Below are positions 1-9,311 of a stretch of DNA of 64,000 nucleotides, piece after piece; position 1 is the stretch's first letter; each line of letters opens with the position of its first letter. The notes beneath the pieces were generated by a model. It did not search any database and had not been told where the DNA came from. It worked only from the letters and a program-made list of their open reading frames with translations. The stretch lies in sequence record SRR31156797_403; one strand, written 5' to 3'. The position numbers were made by a program, and so were the translations under genes.

Positions 1-1
1 G

Positions 2-457
2 GTGGTATTCGGTGACAACACCTGGACGGAAGTCAAGGATGGTGCAACAGAAGGCGAGATGATCAACTTTATGGCTTACGACAGCCAGACAGGCGATGAG
101 CAAAGCATTGTTGCTGAGTTCGATCCCGCTTTTGCCAACCACGATGGTACTTTTGCCATCCAGGGCCTCTCATTGATTACCAACTTCTATAAAGGAGCTA
201 CAGGTGTGGCTGAAACCGCAGAACTTACTAAGGTGAGTATCTTCCCGAATCCGGCTGATGATGTGCTGCACATCACATTGTCCATTCAGGAGGACTACAG
301 CATCACACTCACCGATGCCGCAGGATCACTGGTCAGGACCGTTGAGTTACAATCCGGTAAAGCTACGATAGATATCAGCGATCTGACTCCGGGGATATAT
401 TTCATCACCGTTCAGACTGCAACCAACAGCGCAATTGAAAAGATTGTGATCTACTAA
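2..457 (+). CDS. T9SS-secreted protein, C-terminal part (5'-truncated by window)
   Basis: Ends in a typical Por secretion tail: SIFPNPA...IDISDLTPGIYFITV...EKIVIY; the frame is open from the window start. Confidence 0.85.
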   Translation: MVFGDNTWTEVKDGATEGEMINFMAYDSQTGDEQSIVAEFDPAFANHDGTFAIQGLSLITNFYKGATGVAETAELTKVSIFPNPADDVLHITLSIQEDYSITLTDAAGSLVRTVELQSGKATIDISDLTPGIYFITVQTATNSAIEKIVIY

Positions 458-496
458 CCACGGCTATTTTGAAATAACATAGCAGCTTAACTTGTA

Positions 497-531
497 GCCG
501 GTAACTCCTGAATTGGAGTTACCGGTTTTTT
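497..531 (+). terminator. Intrinsic terminator
   Basis: 11-bp stem CCGGTAACTCC/GGAGTTACCGG with TGAATT loop and T-run, between convergent genes. Confidence 0.8.
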
Positions 532-561
532 ATGGGGATGGATTTTCAAAAGATTCAAATC

Positions 562-1155
562 TCATTTCAGTGCTAACTCACCTGTCAAATCAAAAAATTT
601 AATCAAACACTTAGCAGTAAGTTTGGCATCTTCCAGCGCATTGTGGGTTTCGCTGTCGCGTGACAGGCCAAAATATTTTGCCACACTTTCAAGGCTAAGT
701 GATTTCGGTGTTTGCTTTCCGTTGTTCTTCAGGATCATAAATCCGTAATAACTGATGGTGTGCAGGTCGATCAACTGGAATGAAAATGGCCACTTTAGTT
801 TCTCTTTTTTGTAGGCATAACTCAAAAAATTAATGTCGTTAATCACGCTCTGGCCACAAATAATCACTTTCCACAACCGCTCGTCCTCAGGCAGGTTGAG
901 GCTTTTTCTGATCCATGATTCAAATTCCGGAAGTACGTCATACATCATCGGTGCTTCATCAAGGTCGTCAAGTGATATACCATGAATTTCTTCTGAATGC
1001 CCGGAAAAAGCATCTTCGTTTTCGGGGTAAACATTGGTGAGATATTCACTCTTACGTTTCCAGTCATCATCATAAATTTCGGCTCCGATCTGAATGATTT
1101 CGTTGTAATCCGGTTCAGGGCCGGTCATTTCCAAATCCATAACTAAGTAAGGCAT
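562..1155 (-). CDS. DEDDh 3'-5' exonuclease (DnaQ/RNase T-like)
   Basis: ExoI DLEMTG, ExoII NDINFL, ExoIII HNALEDA. Confidence 0.85.
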   Translation of the reverse strand: MPYLVMDLEMTGPEPDYNEIIQIGAEIYDDDWKRKSEYLTNVYPENEDAFSGHSEEIHGISLDDLDEAPMMYDVLPEFESWIRKSLNLPEDERLWKVIICGQSVINDINFLSYAYKKEKLKWPFSFQLIDLHTISYYGFMILKNNGKQTPKSLSLESVAKYFGLSRDSETHNALEDAKLTAKCLIKFFDLTGELALK

Positions 1156-1300
1156 ATTGTCATATTTTTTTCAAAAATAGTTAATCTTGTGCTCGAAGTG
1201 ATTATTGGTGTTAAAGGTTTGTTGCAATGTTGCAAAATCTATTTTTTATGTTTTTGAACAATGCAGTGGCAGTCATGTTTCTTAGCTGCATTTATAATGC

Positions 1301-1308
1301 TATTTTTG
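1301..1308 (+). promoter_or_regulatory. Bacteroidota sigma-ABfr -7 element for flavodoxin
   Basis: TATTTTTG matches TAnnTTTG, 33 nt before the ATG. Confidence 0.55.
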
Positions 1309-1340
1309 TGATCAAGTTCAACAATAAAAAATTAAGATAA

Positions 1341-1841
1341 ATGGCTAAAATTGGAATTTTTTATGGCTCGTCAACCGGTAACACCGAAAAGATTGCAGAA
1401 TTGATTTCGGAGTCGTTTGGTGATGAGGCTGTAGCAATAAATGTTGAGGATGCCTCAACGGAAGACCTCGAAAAATTTTCCTTCCTCGTTTTTGGCGTTT
1501 CCACCTGGGAAATCGGCGATATGCAGGAAGACTGGGCAGAATTTGTTGAAAACCTGAAGGATGTAAACCTGAAAGATAAAAAGGTGGCTATTTTTGGCCT
1601 GGGCGACCAGGAAGCTTACGACGAAAGTTTTGCGGATGGTGCAGGAAAATTGTACAGCATGATATCACGCAAAACCAAAGTGGTTGGGCAAACTTCAACA
1701 AAGGGATATGATTTCGTGGAATCAGAAGCCGTTAAAAATAAGAAGTTTGTAGGGTTGATCATTGATGAGGATAACCAAAAAGAACTGACCTCGGAAAGGG
1801 TAAAAAGCTGGGTAGACCAACTCAAAAAGGAATTTAAATAA
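1341..1841 (+). CDS. fldA: Long-chain flavodoxin
   Basis: FMN loop GSSTGNTE, STWEIGDMQEDW, FGLGDQ, GLIIDEDNQ. Confidence 0.93.
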   Translation: MAKIGIFYGSSTGNTEKIAELISESFGDEAVAINVEDASTEDLEKFSFLVFGVSTWEIGDMQEDWAEFVENLKDVNLKDKKVAIFGLGDQEAYDESFADGAGKLYSMISRKTKVVGQTSTKGYDFVESEAVKNKKFVGLIIDEDNQKELTSERVKSWVDQLKKEFK

Positions 1842-1861
1842 GTTATCTGCAAAAAACATAC

Positions 1862-1896
1862 AAAGCCTGTTTCAGAATTCCGAAACGGGCTTTTTT
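1862..1896 (+). terminator. Intrinsic terminator
   Basis: AAAGCCTGTTTC...GAAACGGGCTTT followed by T-run after fldA. Confidence 0.75.
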
Positions 1897-1949
1897 AATA
1901 CCCGAAATGATTGTAGATTTGTTGACTGGAACCATTTAAATCTATCCAA

Positions 1950-4556
1950 ATGAAAAAACTTTACATTTCGATCCTGACTTTAATTATGCTTACGCTCGTT
2001 GGCTATGCTCAGCAGCAATCTACGCCAATGACATCTGAGAACGGTGATTTACAGGTTGACCGAATTATGGCTCAGCCCGGTGAAACCATAACAGACTTTA
2101 TTAATCCTGAAGCAATAAAATCGATGCAGGTTGAAGTCAATCCGGGTGTTGATCCTGAAGGCGATTATGTCCATAGGATGGCCTATTCCGGCGATGGCGC
2201 ATATCTGCTGCAAACCAATGCCATCACGAACAACGTAACCATTTTCGATGCCGGGACCATGGAGGTTGTTGCCAATGTGGACGTGGGATTTTTTCCTGTT
2301 GATGTTGCATGCACAAATGACTATGCTGTTGTACCCTGTGTTTTTGCTGACTCGATATTTGTGATCAGCCTCGAGGACTTTACTGTGGCAGCATCATTTC
2401 CTACTGCTGAGCAGCCTGCAGTTGTGGAGGTTAGTCATGATTTTACAAAGGCTTTCGTGGGTTGTGATATTGATGATGTTTTGGAGGTAATTGACCTGGA
2501 AAACCTGGAACATGAAAGTAGTTATTCAGGCTTTCCGGTGGCGTTGCGATCGGTGAGTTTGATTACCGGTAGTGGCAGGTTTTATTATACCTGGCGTGAT
2601 TTTTTGGTTAGCCCGGATGATCAATTTCTCATCACAAGCGATTTTGATAACAAGGTTATAAAATATGATTTATCATCAGGGACCTCTACTGACGAGATTG
2701 ATGGACTGGGATTTATAACCGAACTGAACTTTTCGGGCAACGGTGAAATTTTGGTTGCTGTGGAGAGTAGCAATCCTGCCAACATAAACCAGATCAGTTA
2801 TGCCGATTTTGAGGTTTTGAAAACCGTTTCTCTCACAGGACTTGGTATATGGGGCGGGGGAGTTGCCGTAAATTCTGATGGCAGTAAAGCTTTCCTTGGA
2901 GTAAACGGAAACCAGACCGGCCTCATCCGTTTTGATACAGAAGATTTTCTACTTTTCCCGGTTACCCAAACGGCTTTTTGGTGTGACAATACTTATGATC
3001 ATCAATACGCCATTAGTGGCCAGTACCGTTTCTCCATATTCGATTTTGAACAGGAAGTTGTCCGTGGTTCGTATTGGGGAGTATCACAATATTTGGGAGC
3101 TGTTTCACCGGTTGCTTATAAGGCGGCAGGTGTAGATCCGGGTAGATATGAAGGTCCTGCATTTTATGAGTTTGATGATCCACAGGTTGTGAATTTTAAA
3201 GGACAGATGCCTTCCGGCGAAATGCCTGAAGGTGATGTACCATACCGAGCTGCCGTAGCAAATGATGGCAGCAAAGCCGTTGTGGTAAATAATCTGTCGG
3301 GCACCGTATCCATTATAAACCTCGAGACTTACGAGGTGGATGCGGTCATTGACATAGGTGAAGCTGGCTATGAAGTGAAAATTACCCACGATTCCAAATG
3401 GGCAATTGTGGGTGGTTATGATTTGAATACCGTTAAAATTTTCGACCTGGAAACCAATGAACTCGTTACCACGGTGGGAACAGGACAGCGACCCATGATG
3501 ATAAGCATTGATCCCGACGATTCCTACGCCTATGTTGGTAACCTGAAAGGAAATTCAGTAGCTTTTGTAAAACTGGATGGCGAAAACAGCTTTACAGAAT
3601 CCATTCTGCCGGTTGGTATCATCGGTCTGAATTGGTCGGCTTATGGTGTTCGCAGTGGTGTAAAGGTGAGCCCCACCGGTGAATATCTTTTGGTGGCTGC
3701 CAGCTTTGATGACAATGTTAAAGTAATTGACACTGAACTACAGGAAATTGTTGCAACAGTAAATGTAGGAGATTTCCCGCTACAGTTGGATTTTAATGCA
3801 GACGGAACACATGCCATTGTGGCCAATTATTCCGAAAATACCTACAGCGTGATAGAAGTCGACGGGGCAAACTCCACGCTTGTTGGGACATTTAATGCAG
3901 GCAATAGCGGCCCTATCAGGCTAAAATATAATGCTGTCAAGGATGAAATGACCATCGTTCACCTGAATGATTCACACGTACTTTGGAATGTGGATCCCGA
4001 AACAGGGGATTTCCTGAGTTCGTTTTCTTACCCACAGTATGGATCGCCCTATCAGGTGGATTTTGATCTGGATGGACTTCCCCTTGTTTTAACTGCGTCA
4101 ACCGAAACCCAAAGTGCCATGCTGATTCACGACGATTTTGGTTATGAATTGCCCTCATCACCCATCCAGTTTGACTATTCGCCTGAGGCTCAGATTGCCG
4201 TGGTAGCCGAAGGTGGCGGAGGTCCTGACAATATTTCGATTATCGATTTTGTTGCCACAGGGGCGAATACACCTTCGATCAGTCAGGCAATTTATAAGCC
4301 GTTTTACATCACTTCTATTACACCAAATCCAGCAACGACTAACATCAACGTGTCTTTATGGAAAAACAGTACCTTCAAAGGTGACTTGATACTCGAAATA
4401 AGGGATACTGCAGGCCAGCGCATGAAAGTTGCTGGCATATCAGCCACTCAGGAGGGTGCTGCAATTTTTGATATATCAGTGATGGATTCAGGTATTTATT
4501 ATGTTTCGGTTTCAGATGGAAATCATGTGGATACAAAAAAGATAATCGTCCAATAA
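1950..4556 (+). CDS. T9SS-secreted YVTN/YncE-type beta-propeller protein
   Basis: Signal peptide; many repeats like VVATVNVGDFPLQLDFNADGTHAIVAN; C-terminal ITPNPA...SGIYYVSV...TKKIIVQ; -7 box TAGATTTG at 1914-1921. Confidence 0.85.
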   Translation: MKKLYISILTLIMLTLVGYAQQQSTPMTSENGDLQVDRIMAQPGETITDFINPEAIKSMQVEVNPGVDPEGDYVHRMAYSGDGAYLLQTNAITNNVTIFDAGTMEVVANVDVGFFPVDVACTNDYAVVPCVFADSIFVISLEDFTVAASFPTAEQPAVVEVSHDFTKAFVGCDIDDVLEVIDLENLEHESSYSGFPVALRSVSLITGSGRFYYTWRDFLVSPDDQFLITSDFDNKVIKYDLSSGTSTDEIDGLGFITELNFSGNGEILVAVESSNPANINQISYADFEVLKTVSLTGLGIWGGGVAVNSDGSKAFLGVNGNQTGLIRFDTEDFLLFPVTQTAFWCDNTYDHQYAISGQYRFSIFDFEQEVVRGSYWGVSQYLGAVSPVAYKAAGVDPGRYEGPAFYEFDDPQVVNFKGQMPSGEMPEGDVPYRAAVANDGSKAVVVNNLSGTVSIINLETYEVDAVIDIGEAGYEVKITHDSKWAIVGGYDLNTVKIFDLETNELVTTVGTGQRPMMISIDPDDSYAYVGNLKGNSVAFVKLDGENSFTESILPVGIIGLNWSAYGVRSGVKVSPTGEYLLVAASFDDNVKVIDTELQEIVATVNVGDFPLQLDFNADGTHAIVANYSENTYSVIEVDGANSTLVGTFNAGNSGPIRLKYNAVKDEMTIVHLNDSHVLWNVDPETGDFLSSFSYPQYGSPYQVDFDLDGLPLVLTASTETQSAMLIHDDFGYELPSSPIQFDYSPEAQIAVVAEGGGGPDNISIIDFVATGANTPSISQAIYKPFYITSITPNPATTNINVSLWKNSTFKGDLILEIRDTAGQRMKVAGISATQEGAAIFDISVMDSGIYYVSVSDGNHVDTKKIIVQ

Positions 4557-4583
4557 TATTTTTACTTCGCGAGATTAAATTTG

Positions 4584-4611
4584 AAAACCCGGGCAATTAT
4601 GCCCGGGTTTT
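4584..4611. terminator. Bidirectional intrinsic terminator
   Basis: AAAACCCGGGCA-ATTA-TGCCCGGGTTTT between convergent genes. Confidence 0.8.
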
Positions 4612-4633
4612 ATTATGGGTGTGGTGTTGATTT

Positions 4634-5023
4634 TTAAAAAATGAAAAATATAGCATTTATTATTGCAATCAGCGAAACACCAAGCCCACCTATCATTAAA
4701 CAATAACAAACCCGGCAAAAACATTTTTCACCCTGAGTTGAATCTGCACAATTGTTTAACGCTCTGGTGTGAAGCGTTGTACACCGGTTTTTGATATGGG
4801 CATCAGGTCTGATTTTACGAATTAGCGAGAGTGTATTTTTAATATCTGCTTGATTTATATAGATTTTATGCACTGCTTCACCATGATCATAAAACTTATT
4901 TTGAATTAGAGGTGGATGGGTTTTTACGAAAAACCTGATGCCGTTATCAGCAAGCGCCGATTTAATGAAAACAGCCTCATGTGCATATGTGAATGTAGCT
5001 AACAATATCAGTTCTTGTTCCAA
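4634..5023 (-). CDS. Hypothetical membrane protein, DUF2007-like N-terminus
   Basis: LATFTYAHEAVFIKSALADNGIRFFV resembles DUF2007; C-terminal TM helix; start placed at TTG 5023 (ORF track start 5092 looks like AT-rich leader). Confidence 0.5.
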   Translation of the reverse strand: MEQELILLATFTYAHEAVFIKSALADNGIRFFVKTHPPLIQNKFYDHGEAVHKIYINQADIKNTLSLIRKIRPDAHIKNRCTTLHTRALNNCADSTQGEKCFCRVCYCLMIGGLGVSLIAIINAIFFIF

Positions 5024-5173
5024 TGGAGATGTTTTATTATAAACCTCAAATGTAATAACAAAACATATGTAAAACAAATCAATGTAATACATATGTGTAT
5101 GTGATTGAGTATAATATGCAGTTATTGTGAATGTTAAATGGGTTGGTGTTAATAAAAATTGTGGACTTCCTGA

Positions 5174-5456
5174 TCAGAAATCATAATAAAATAGAAACGA
5201 AATCCTGTTGGTGCTTCCGGTCTGACCGTCTAGGTTTTTTCTTTGCCCATGTGAATATTCAGGCCCGAATTTTGCGCCCGACACCAGGTTCCAGAAAATA
5301 TTTCCAGAGAAATAGTAGCTGCTTTTCAATGCATTATCAGGGATAATATGCGCGCTAGGCTACATTGATCGTACCAGCTGTAAAATAGGAAATCAAATTG
5401 GGATGTCATTCATGGCTAAAGGAAACATATCCTCCAAAAGGAAATAACAGGTTCAT
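5174..5456 (-). pseudogene. Degenerate 3' fragment of a DcaP-like outer-membrane porin gene
   Basis: Minus strand reads FGGYVSFSHE*HPNLISYFTAGTINVA*, then after a frameshift IIPDNALKSSYYFSGNIFWNLVSGAKFGPEYSHGQRKNLDGQTGSTNRISFLFYYDF*, a beta-barrel C-terminus ending in Phe. Confidence 0.6.
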
Positions 5457-5489
5457 AACTTTTGGATTTTAAAATTCCTTCCGACTATG

Positions 5490-6470
5490 TTACGGTAATT
5501 CAGATGGACTAACTGTTACCAGGGCTGATTGATTTTTGCGAATGATCTGAAGTTTTAGTGGCCTATCAATTGTATATTCAGTCAGTGCACAGTGCAGGTC
5601 ATCAATCGAACCAATAGCTGATCCATCGATCCCAACAATTAAATCACCTTTTTTTAAGGCTTCATTTCCGTTGTTTTGTATCCTTCCAATGCTGGAAATA
5701 TATATTGCGGTGGGTTTTGTCAGTTTATTATTAGTAATAATCTGTTGAGGCAGCCTTACGGTTTGTCCAACAATCCCAAGATAACCACGTTTAACTTTTC
5801 CTTCTTTCAACAGTAAATCCGTGATGTATTTCACCAGGTTTGCCGAAACGGCAAAACAAATGCCTTGCGCCTGCTTGATGATGGCAGTGTTCACACCAAT
5901 AACTTTTCCTGATGAATCCAGCAATGGTCCACCTGAACTCCCCGGATTTAAAGCAGCATCGGTTTGGATGATATCGTCAATCATACGGCCGGATTGTGAT
6001 CGCAGGGTTCTGCCAAGTGCACTTACCACACCGGCAGTCACCGAGTGTTGAAATCCCAATGGATTCCCCACAGCGATAGCAATTTGTCCGGGAAGGAGTT
6101 TTTCCGAGTCACCAAACTCAAGTGGTGTTAGTGAATCATCATCTATTTTAAGAAGTGCCAGGTCTGTAGCCGGGTCGGTGCCTACAATTTCAGGAGTTAC
6201 CTCAATTCCTGAAGGAAGGGTAACATTGATATCTTTTGCCTTATCTATCACATGGAAATTGGTGAGGATAAGCCCGTTTTGTTGGATGGCAAAACCGGAA
6301 CCCGTTCCAAATGGTTGCTGCGGAGCCTTGGGGTTTGGCTTTGGAGTTTCGGCTTTTTTTACTTTAATATTAACGACCGAAGTTGACGCCAGCCGTGCAA
6401 CATCAACAACTGTTTTCGAATAACTGTCCAGAATGGGTTGGTCGTTGGTATAATCTGCAGATCTTTTCAT
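5490..6470 (-). CDS. HtrA/DegQ-like trypsin serine protease with PDZ domain
   Basis: GTGSGF, LTNFHV, TDLALLK, IQTDAALNPGSSGGPL; C-terminal PDZ; start placed at ATG 6470. Confidence 0.9.
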   Translation of the reverse strand: MKRSADYTNDQPILDSYSKTVVDVARLASTSVVNIKVKKAETPKPNPKAPQQPFGTGSGFAIQQNGLILTNFHVIDKAKDINVTLPSGIEVTPEIVGTDPATDLALLKIDDDSLTPLEFGDSEKLLPGQIAIAVGNPLGFQHSVTAGVVSALGRTLRSQSGRMIDDIIQTDAALNPGSSGGPLLDSSGKVIGVNTAIIKQAQGICFAVSANLVKYITDLLLKEGKVKRGYLGIVGQTVRLPQQIITNNKLTKPTAIYISSIGRIQNNGNEALKKGDLIVGIDGSAIGSIDDLHCALTEYTIDRPLKLQIIRKNQSALVTVSPSELP

Positions 6471-6607
6471 AAACGTTTGCTTTAAAGTTCGTGCCTTCGA
6501 ATCATACATCAAGCCAAAGCCCAAAAAGGTGACATACTGTCAAAAAAAGTAAATCGAATGAAACCTGATTTGGATTATGAAAACGCGGTTTTTGCCCGGG
6601 TCATGAC

Positions 6608-7999
6608 TTAGAAAAGATAGTTCAAGCCCACATAAAATCCACTGGTTCCATCGCGTTCATCAGTCGCCCGGCCATAGTCGATGGCAATGATAAAGTTCTG
6701 ATTCATGGCGATCCTTATCCCGATGCCGTATGAAACATGCAGGCTTTCTGCAACTAAATCGAAATAATCCGGAAGTTTTTCCCCAAGTTCATTCACAATA
6801 TCTTCTACCTCAACTTTTTTGATAACCTGGCCTGCATCCATAAAAGCATTCAGCCCGAAATAAAAGTTTTGGTTAAACAGTTGTGTGCGGAAAAACTTCC
6901 AGCGCAATTCAAAGTTGGTATAAGCAATCCCGTCGCCAACTACCCGGTTTCGCGGTATGCCCCGGAGGTTTCGCACGCCTCCGAGCCCTTCTTCAGTAGC
7001 CCCACGCAGTTTTGAAGTAATGATAAGCGGTTGAATATAAAATGGGGCATGTCCTGCTATTGTGGTTTGTAGTGCAAGCCTTCCGGCAAATGAAAGGTCA
7101 TTGGGAATGATGGTGAAATATTGCCGATGGATAAAACTGAGTTTCAAAAAGCTTTTGTTGATGGATCCCAGGAATTCAGGTGTACCTTCAAGCGCCAGTT
7201 CTGACCATATTCCTTTCATCGGGTTGGGCTTGTTATCCCGGCTATCATATATCAGCCCGGCTTTGAGCAAGGCCAGGTTACCGCCTGAGGCTTCGTCATC
7301 AGGAATCAGCCCCCACTCCAGGTATCTGTTGTAAAGTGTGGGTTCTTCAGTAAGTGGCGGCAGTTTATCGTCTTCATTTTTCCCCTTGTTTAGTTTGTCG
7401 ATATCAACTTCCCTGATTTTAAAATCATACCATGAAAGTCCTGTAAGCCATTTCCAGTTTCCACTGATTTTTCCGTCGATGTCAGTTTTAAACCTGAACA
7501 TCTTATTTTGGTAACGATAGAATACCCTTGTTTTATAAATACCCTCCGGTTGGCTGTCGTCTTCCCAAGCCTGGTTGTAAACAGCATCATAGCCATTCCA
7601 TCCAAAAAAGTTGTATGCCTGGTTTGGGATGTAGCTCACATCAACAGTCAGGCCAAGGCCTTTGATCAGCCTGTCGGAGTCATACATAAACCGGTAAATG
7701 CCACTTCCTCTTGTGTAGGCGGAAGCTTCAAGGTAGATGGAATGATCGTATGCCGGGTACCTCGATCCGTCACCATAATGATACAGGTTAATCAACCCGC
7801 CATACTGAAAGCCAAGGTCATTATCCCATGAGATGGCCGGAAGGATACCAAAATTCCAGGCGGTTTTAACCTTTTCAGACTTATCTTCTTTGCTATCCTG
7901 TGCCTGAATAGGCGTGTTGAATCCTGCAAAAAATATTATCAAACCCGTGAACAGGATATGGTGTACTGCAACAAAATTTGACTGGTAGATGTGCTTCAA
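6608..7999 (-). CDS. Omp85/BamA-TamA family beta-barrel protein without POTRA domains
   Basis: YDSRDNKPNPMKG, GLGGVRNLRGIPRNR lid motif, SYGIGIR, terminal YVGLNYLF; signal peptide; TTG start. Confidence 0.8.
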   Translation of the reverse strand: MKHIYQSNFVAVHHILFTGLIIFFAGFNTPIQAQDSKEDKSEKVKTAWNFGILPAISWDNDLGFQYGGLINLYHYGDGSRYPAYDHSIYLEASAYTRGSGIYRFMYDSDRLIKGLGLTVDVSYIPNQAYNFFGWNGYDAVYNQAWEDDSQPEGIYKTRVFYRYQNKMFRFKTDIDGKISGNWKWLTGLSWYDFKIREVDIDKLNKGKNEDDKLPPLTEEPTLYNRYLEWGLIPDDEASGGNLALLKAGLIYDSRDNKPNPMKGIWSELALEGTPEFLGSINKSFLKLSFIHRQYFTIIPNDLSFAGRLALQTTIAGHAPFYIQPLIITSKLRGATEEGLGGVRNLRGIPRNRVVGDGIAYTNFELRWKFFRTQLFNQNFYFGLNAFMDAGQVIKKVEVEDIVNELGEKLPDYFDLVAESLHVSYGIGIRIAMNQNFIIAIDYGRATDERDGTSGFYVGLNYLF

Positions 8000-8001
8000 A
8001 A

Positions 8002-8520
8002 TTATTTGGCCAGGTTTTTATACTTCTTCAGTTTCTTACTTTCGATGAGCTCATTCATGGCTTTTTCGATGTCATCATAATCCCCGCGCCGGCCAACTTC
8101 ATAATATTCTGTAAAAGGATCATCATCCAAAATATAATTCATTAGCCGTTCAGCAGTGGGTATATTATCCATATTGTAGTAATCTTCATAGGTAAATCGC
8201 AAGAAGGCAGTGTTCGGGCTGATCCCACGATTGTCGAGCAGGTAATCATCACTGAGTTTGGTGGGATAACTAAATGTATTACCCTTTCGAATATCTGATT
8301 GTGCCGGGTAAGCAACAATTCTGGAGCCATCATCTGACAAAGTAACAGGAACATTTTTATCATAATCTTTCGTGGTTTTGTAGACCACCGCCGGTGGTGA
8401 TGAAAAACCCATGTTACCCTCATTTTTGTTCATGCCTGTTTTTTTTGAAGATGAGCAGGAAAATATGATTGCTGTGCCTGCCAAAATCGTGAACAACCAA
8501 TAGAATTTCGAAGTTTTCAT
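8002..8520 (-). CDS. Hypothetical lipoprotein
   Basis: Lipobox-like IIFSC after a hydrophobic stretch; start ATG 8520; -7 box (CAAAAATA on + strand) at 8541-8548. Confidence 0.75.
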   Translation of the reverse strand: MKTSKFYWLFTILAGTAIIFSCSSSKKTGMNKNEGNMGFSSPPAVVYKTTKDYDKNVPVTLSDDGSRIVAYPAQSDIRKGNTFSYPTKLSDDYLLDNRGISPNTAFLRFTYEDYYNMDNIPTAERLMNYILDDDPFTEYYEVGRRGDYDDIEKAMNELIESKKLKKYKNLAK

Positions 8521-8736
8521 ATGATAGGTTTTTAACTGCTCAAAAATATAAATTAATTTACATTTCGTTAACAAAGAATTTCCTTTTGTAAGTGTTTGGT
8601 AACCAAACTTTAATGAGGTAATAAAAATTAGGTTGTCCGGAAAATATTTCCGATCAGGAGCCTAACCCTGTTATCTTATATACATTTGTGTTGTAGATAT
8701 CGAATAGTATTCATGTTAACATTAAAATCAATACTT

Positions 8737-9201
8737 ATGAAACGATTAACTTTATTTCTTTTTGCTTCTTTCTTTGCATTTACCGTTTTTGCGCAGAACG
8801 CAGAATCAGCTGGTGCAAAAACTGAAGCTGGCAATGCGAATGCCCCCGAAATTGTCTTCGACAAAACTGTTCATGATTATGGAACAGTGCCTTATAAAGG
8901 TGATGGGAAGTGCGAATTTAAATTTACAAACACAGGTAAGGAACCATTGATCCTGACTAATGTAAGGTCATCCTGCGGTTGTACTGTTCCAAAATGGCCG
9001 CGTGAACCGATCCTCCCCGGTCAGTCAGAAGTGATCAACGTGGAATATAAAACCAACCGGATCGGAAGGATTAATAAAACAATCACCGTTAAATCAAATG
9101 CCCAGACAAGCTCGGTTGTTTTGCGTATTAAAGGTCAGGTGTTAAAACCTGATGCCCAAACTACCCCTGAAAATTCAGGCACATTGGGTAAGAAAAAATA
9201 G
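8737..9201 (+). CDS. DUF1573 domain protein
   Basis: FKFTNTGKEPLILTNVRSSCGCTVPKWPREPILPG; signal peptide; -7 box TACATTTG at 8681-8688. Confidence 0.9.
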   Translation: MKRLTLFLFASFFAFTVFAQNAESAGAKTEAGNANAPEIVFDKTVHDYGTVPYKGDGKCEFKFTNTGKEPLILTNVRSSCGCTVPKWPREPILPGQSEVINVEYKTNRIGRINKTITVKSNAQTSSVVLRIKGQVLKPDAQTTPENSGTLGKKK

Positions 9202-9255
9202 TCGTCATTAAATTATCTTACATCGATACGACATCGTAAAAAAATGTTGAAATTT

Positions 9256-9291
9256 GTCCCGGTCTTTTTGGTAAGGCCGGGACTTTTTTTT
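9256..9291 (+). terminator. Intrinsic terminator
   Basis: GTCCCGGTCTT...AAGGCCGGGAC plus 8 T. Confidence 0.7.
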
Positions 9292-9311
9292 GAAACTAAA
9301 AATAAAATGCA

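Noticed and set aside
5131-5346. 71-aa + strand ORF
   Set aside because: Better explained as the antisense shadow of the porin remnant
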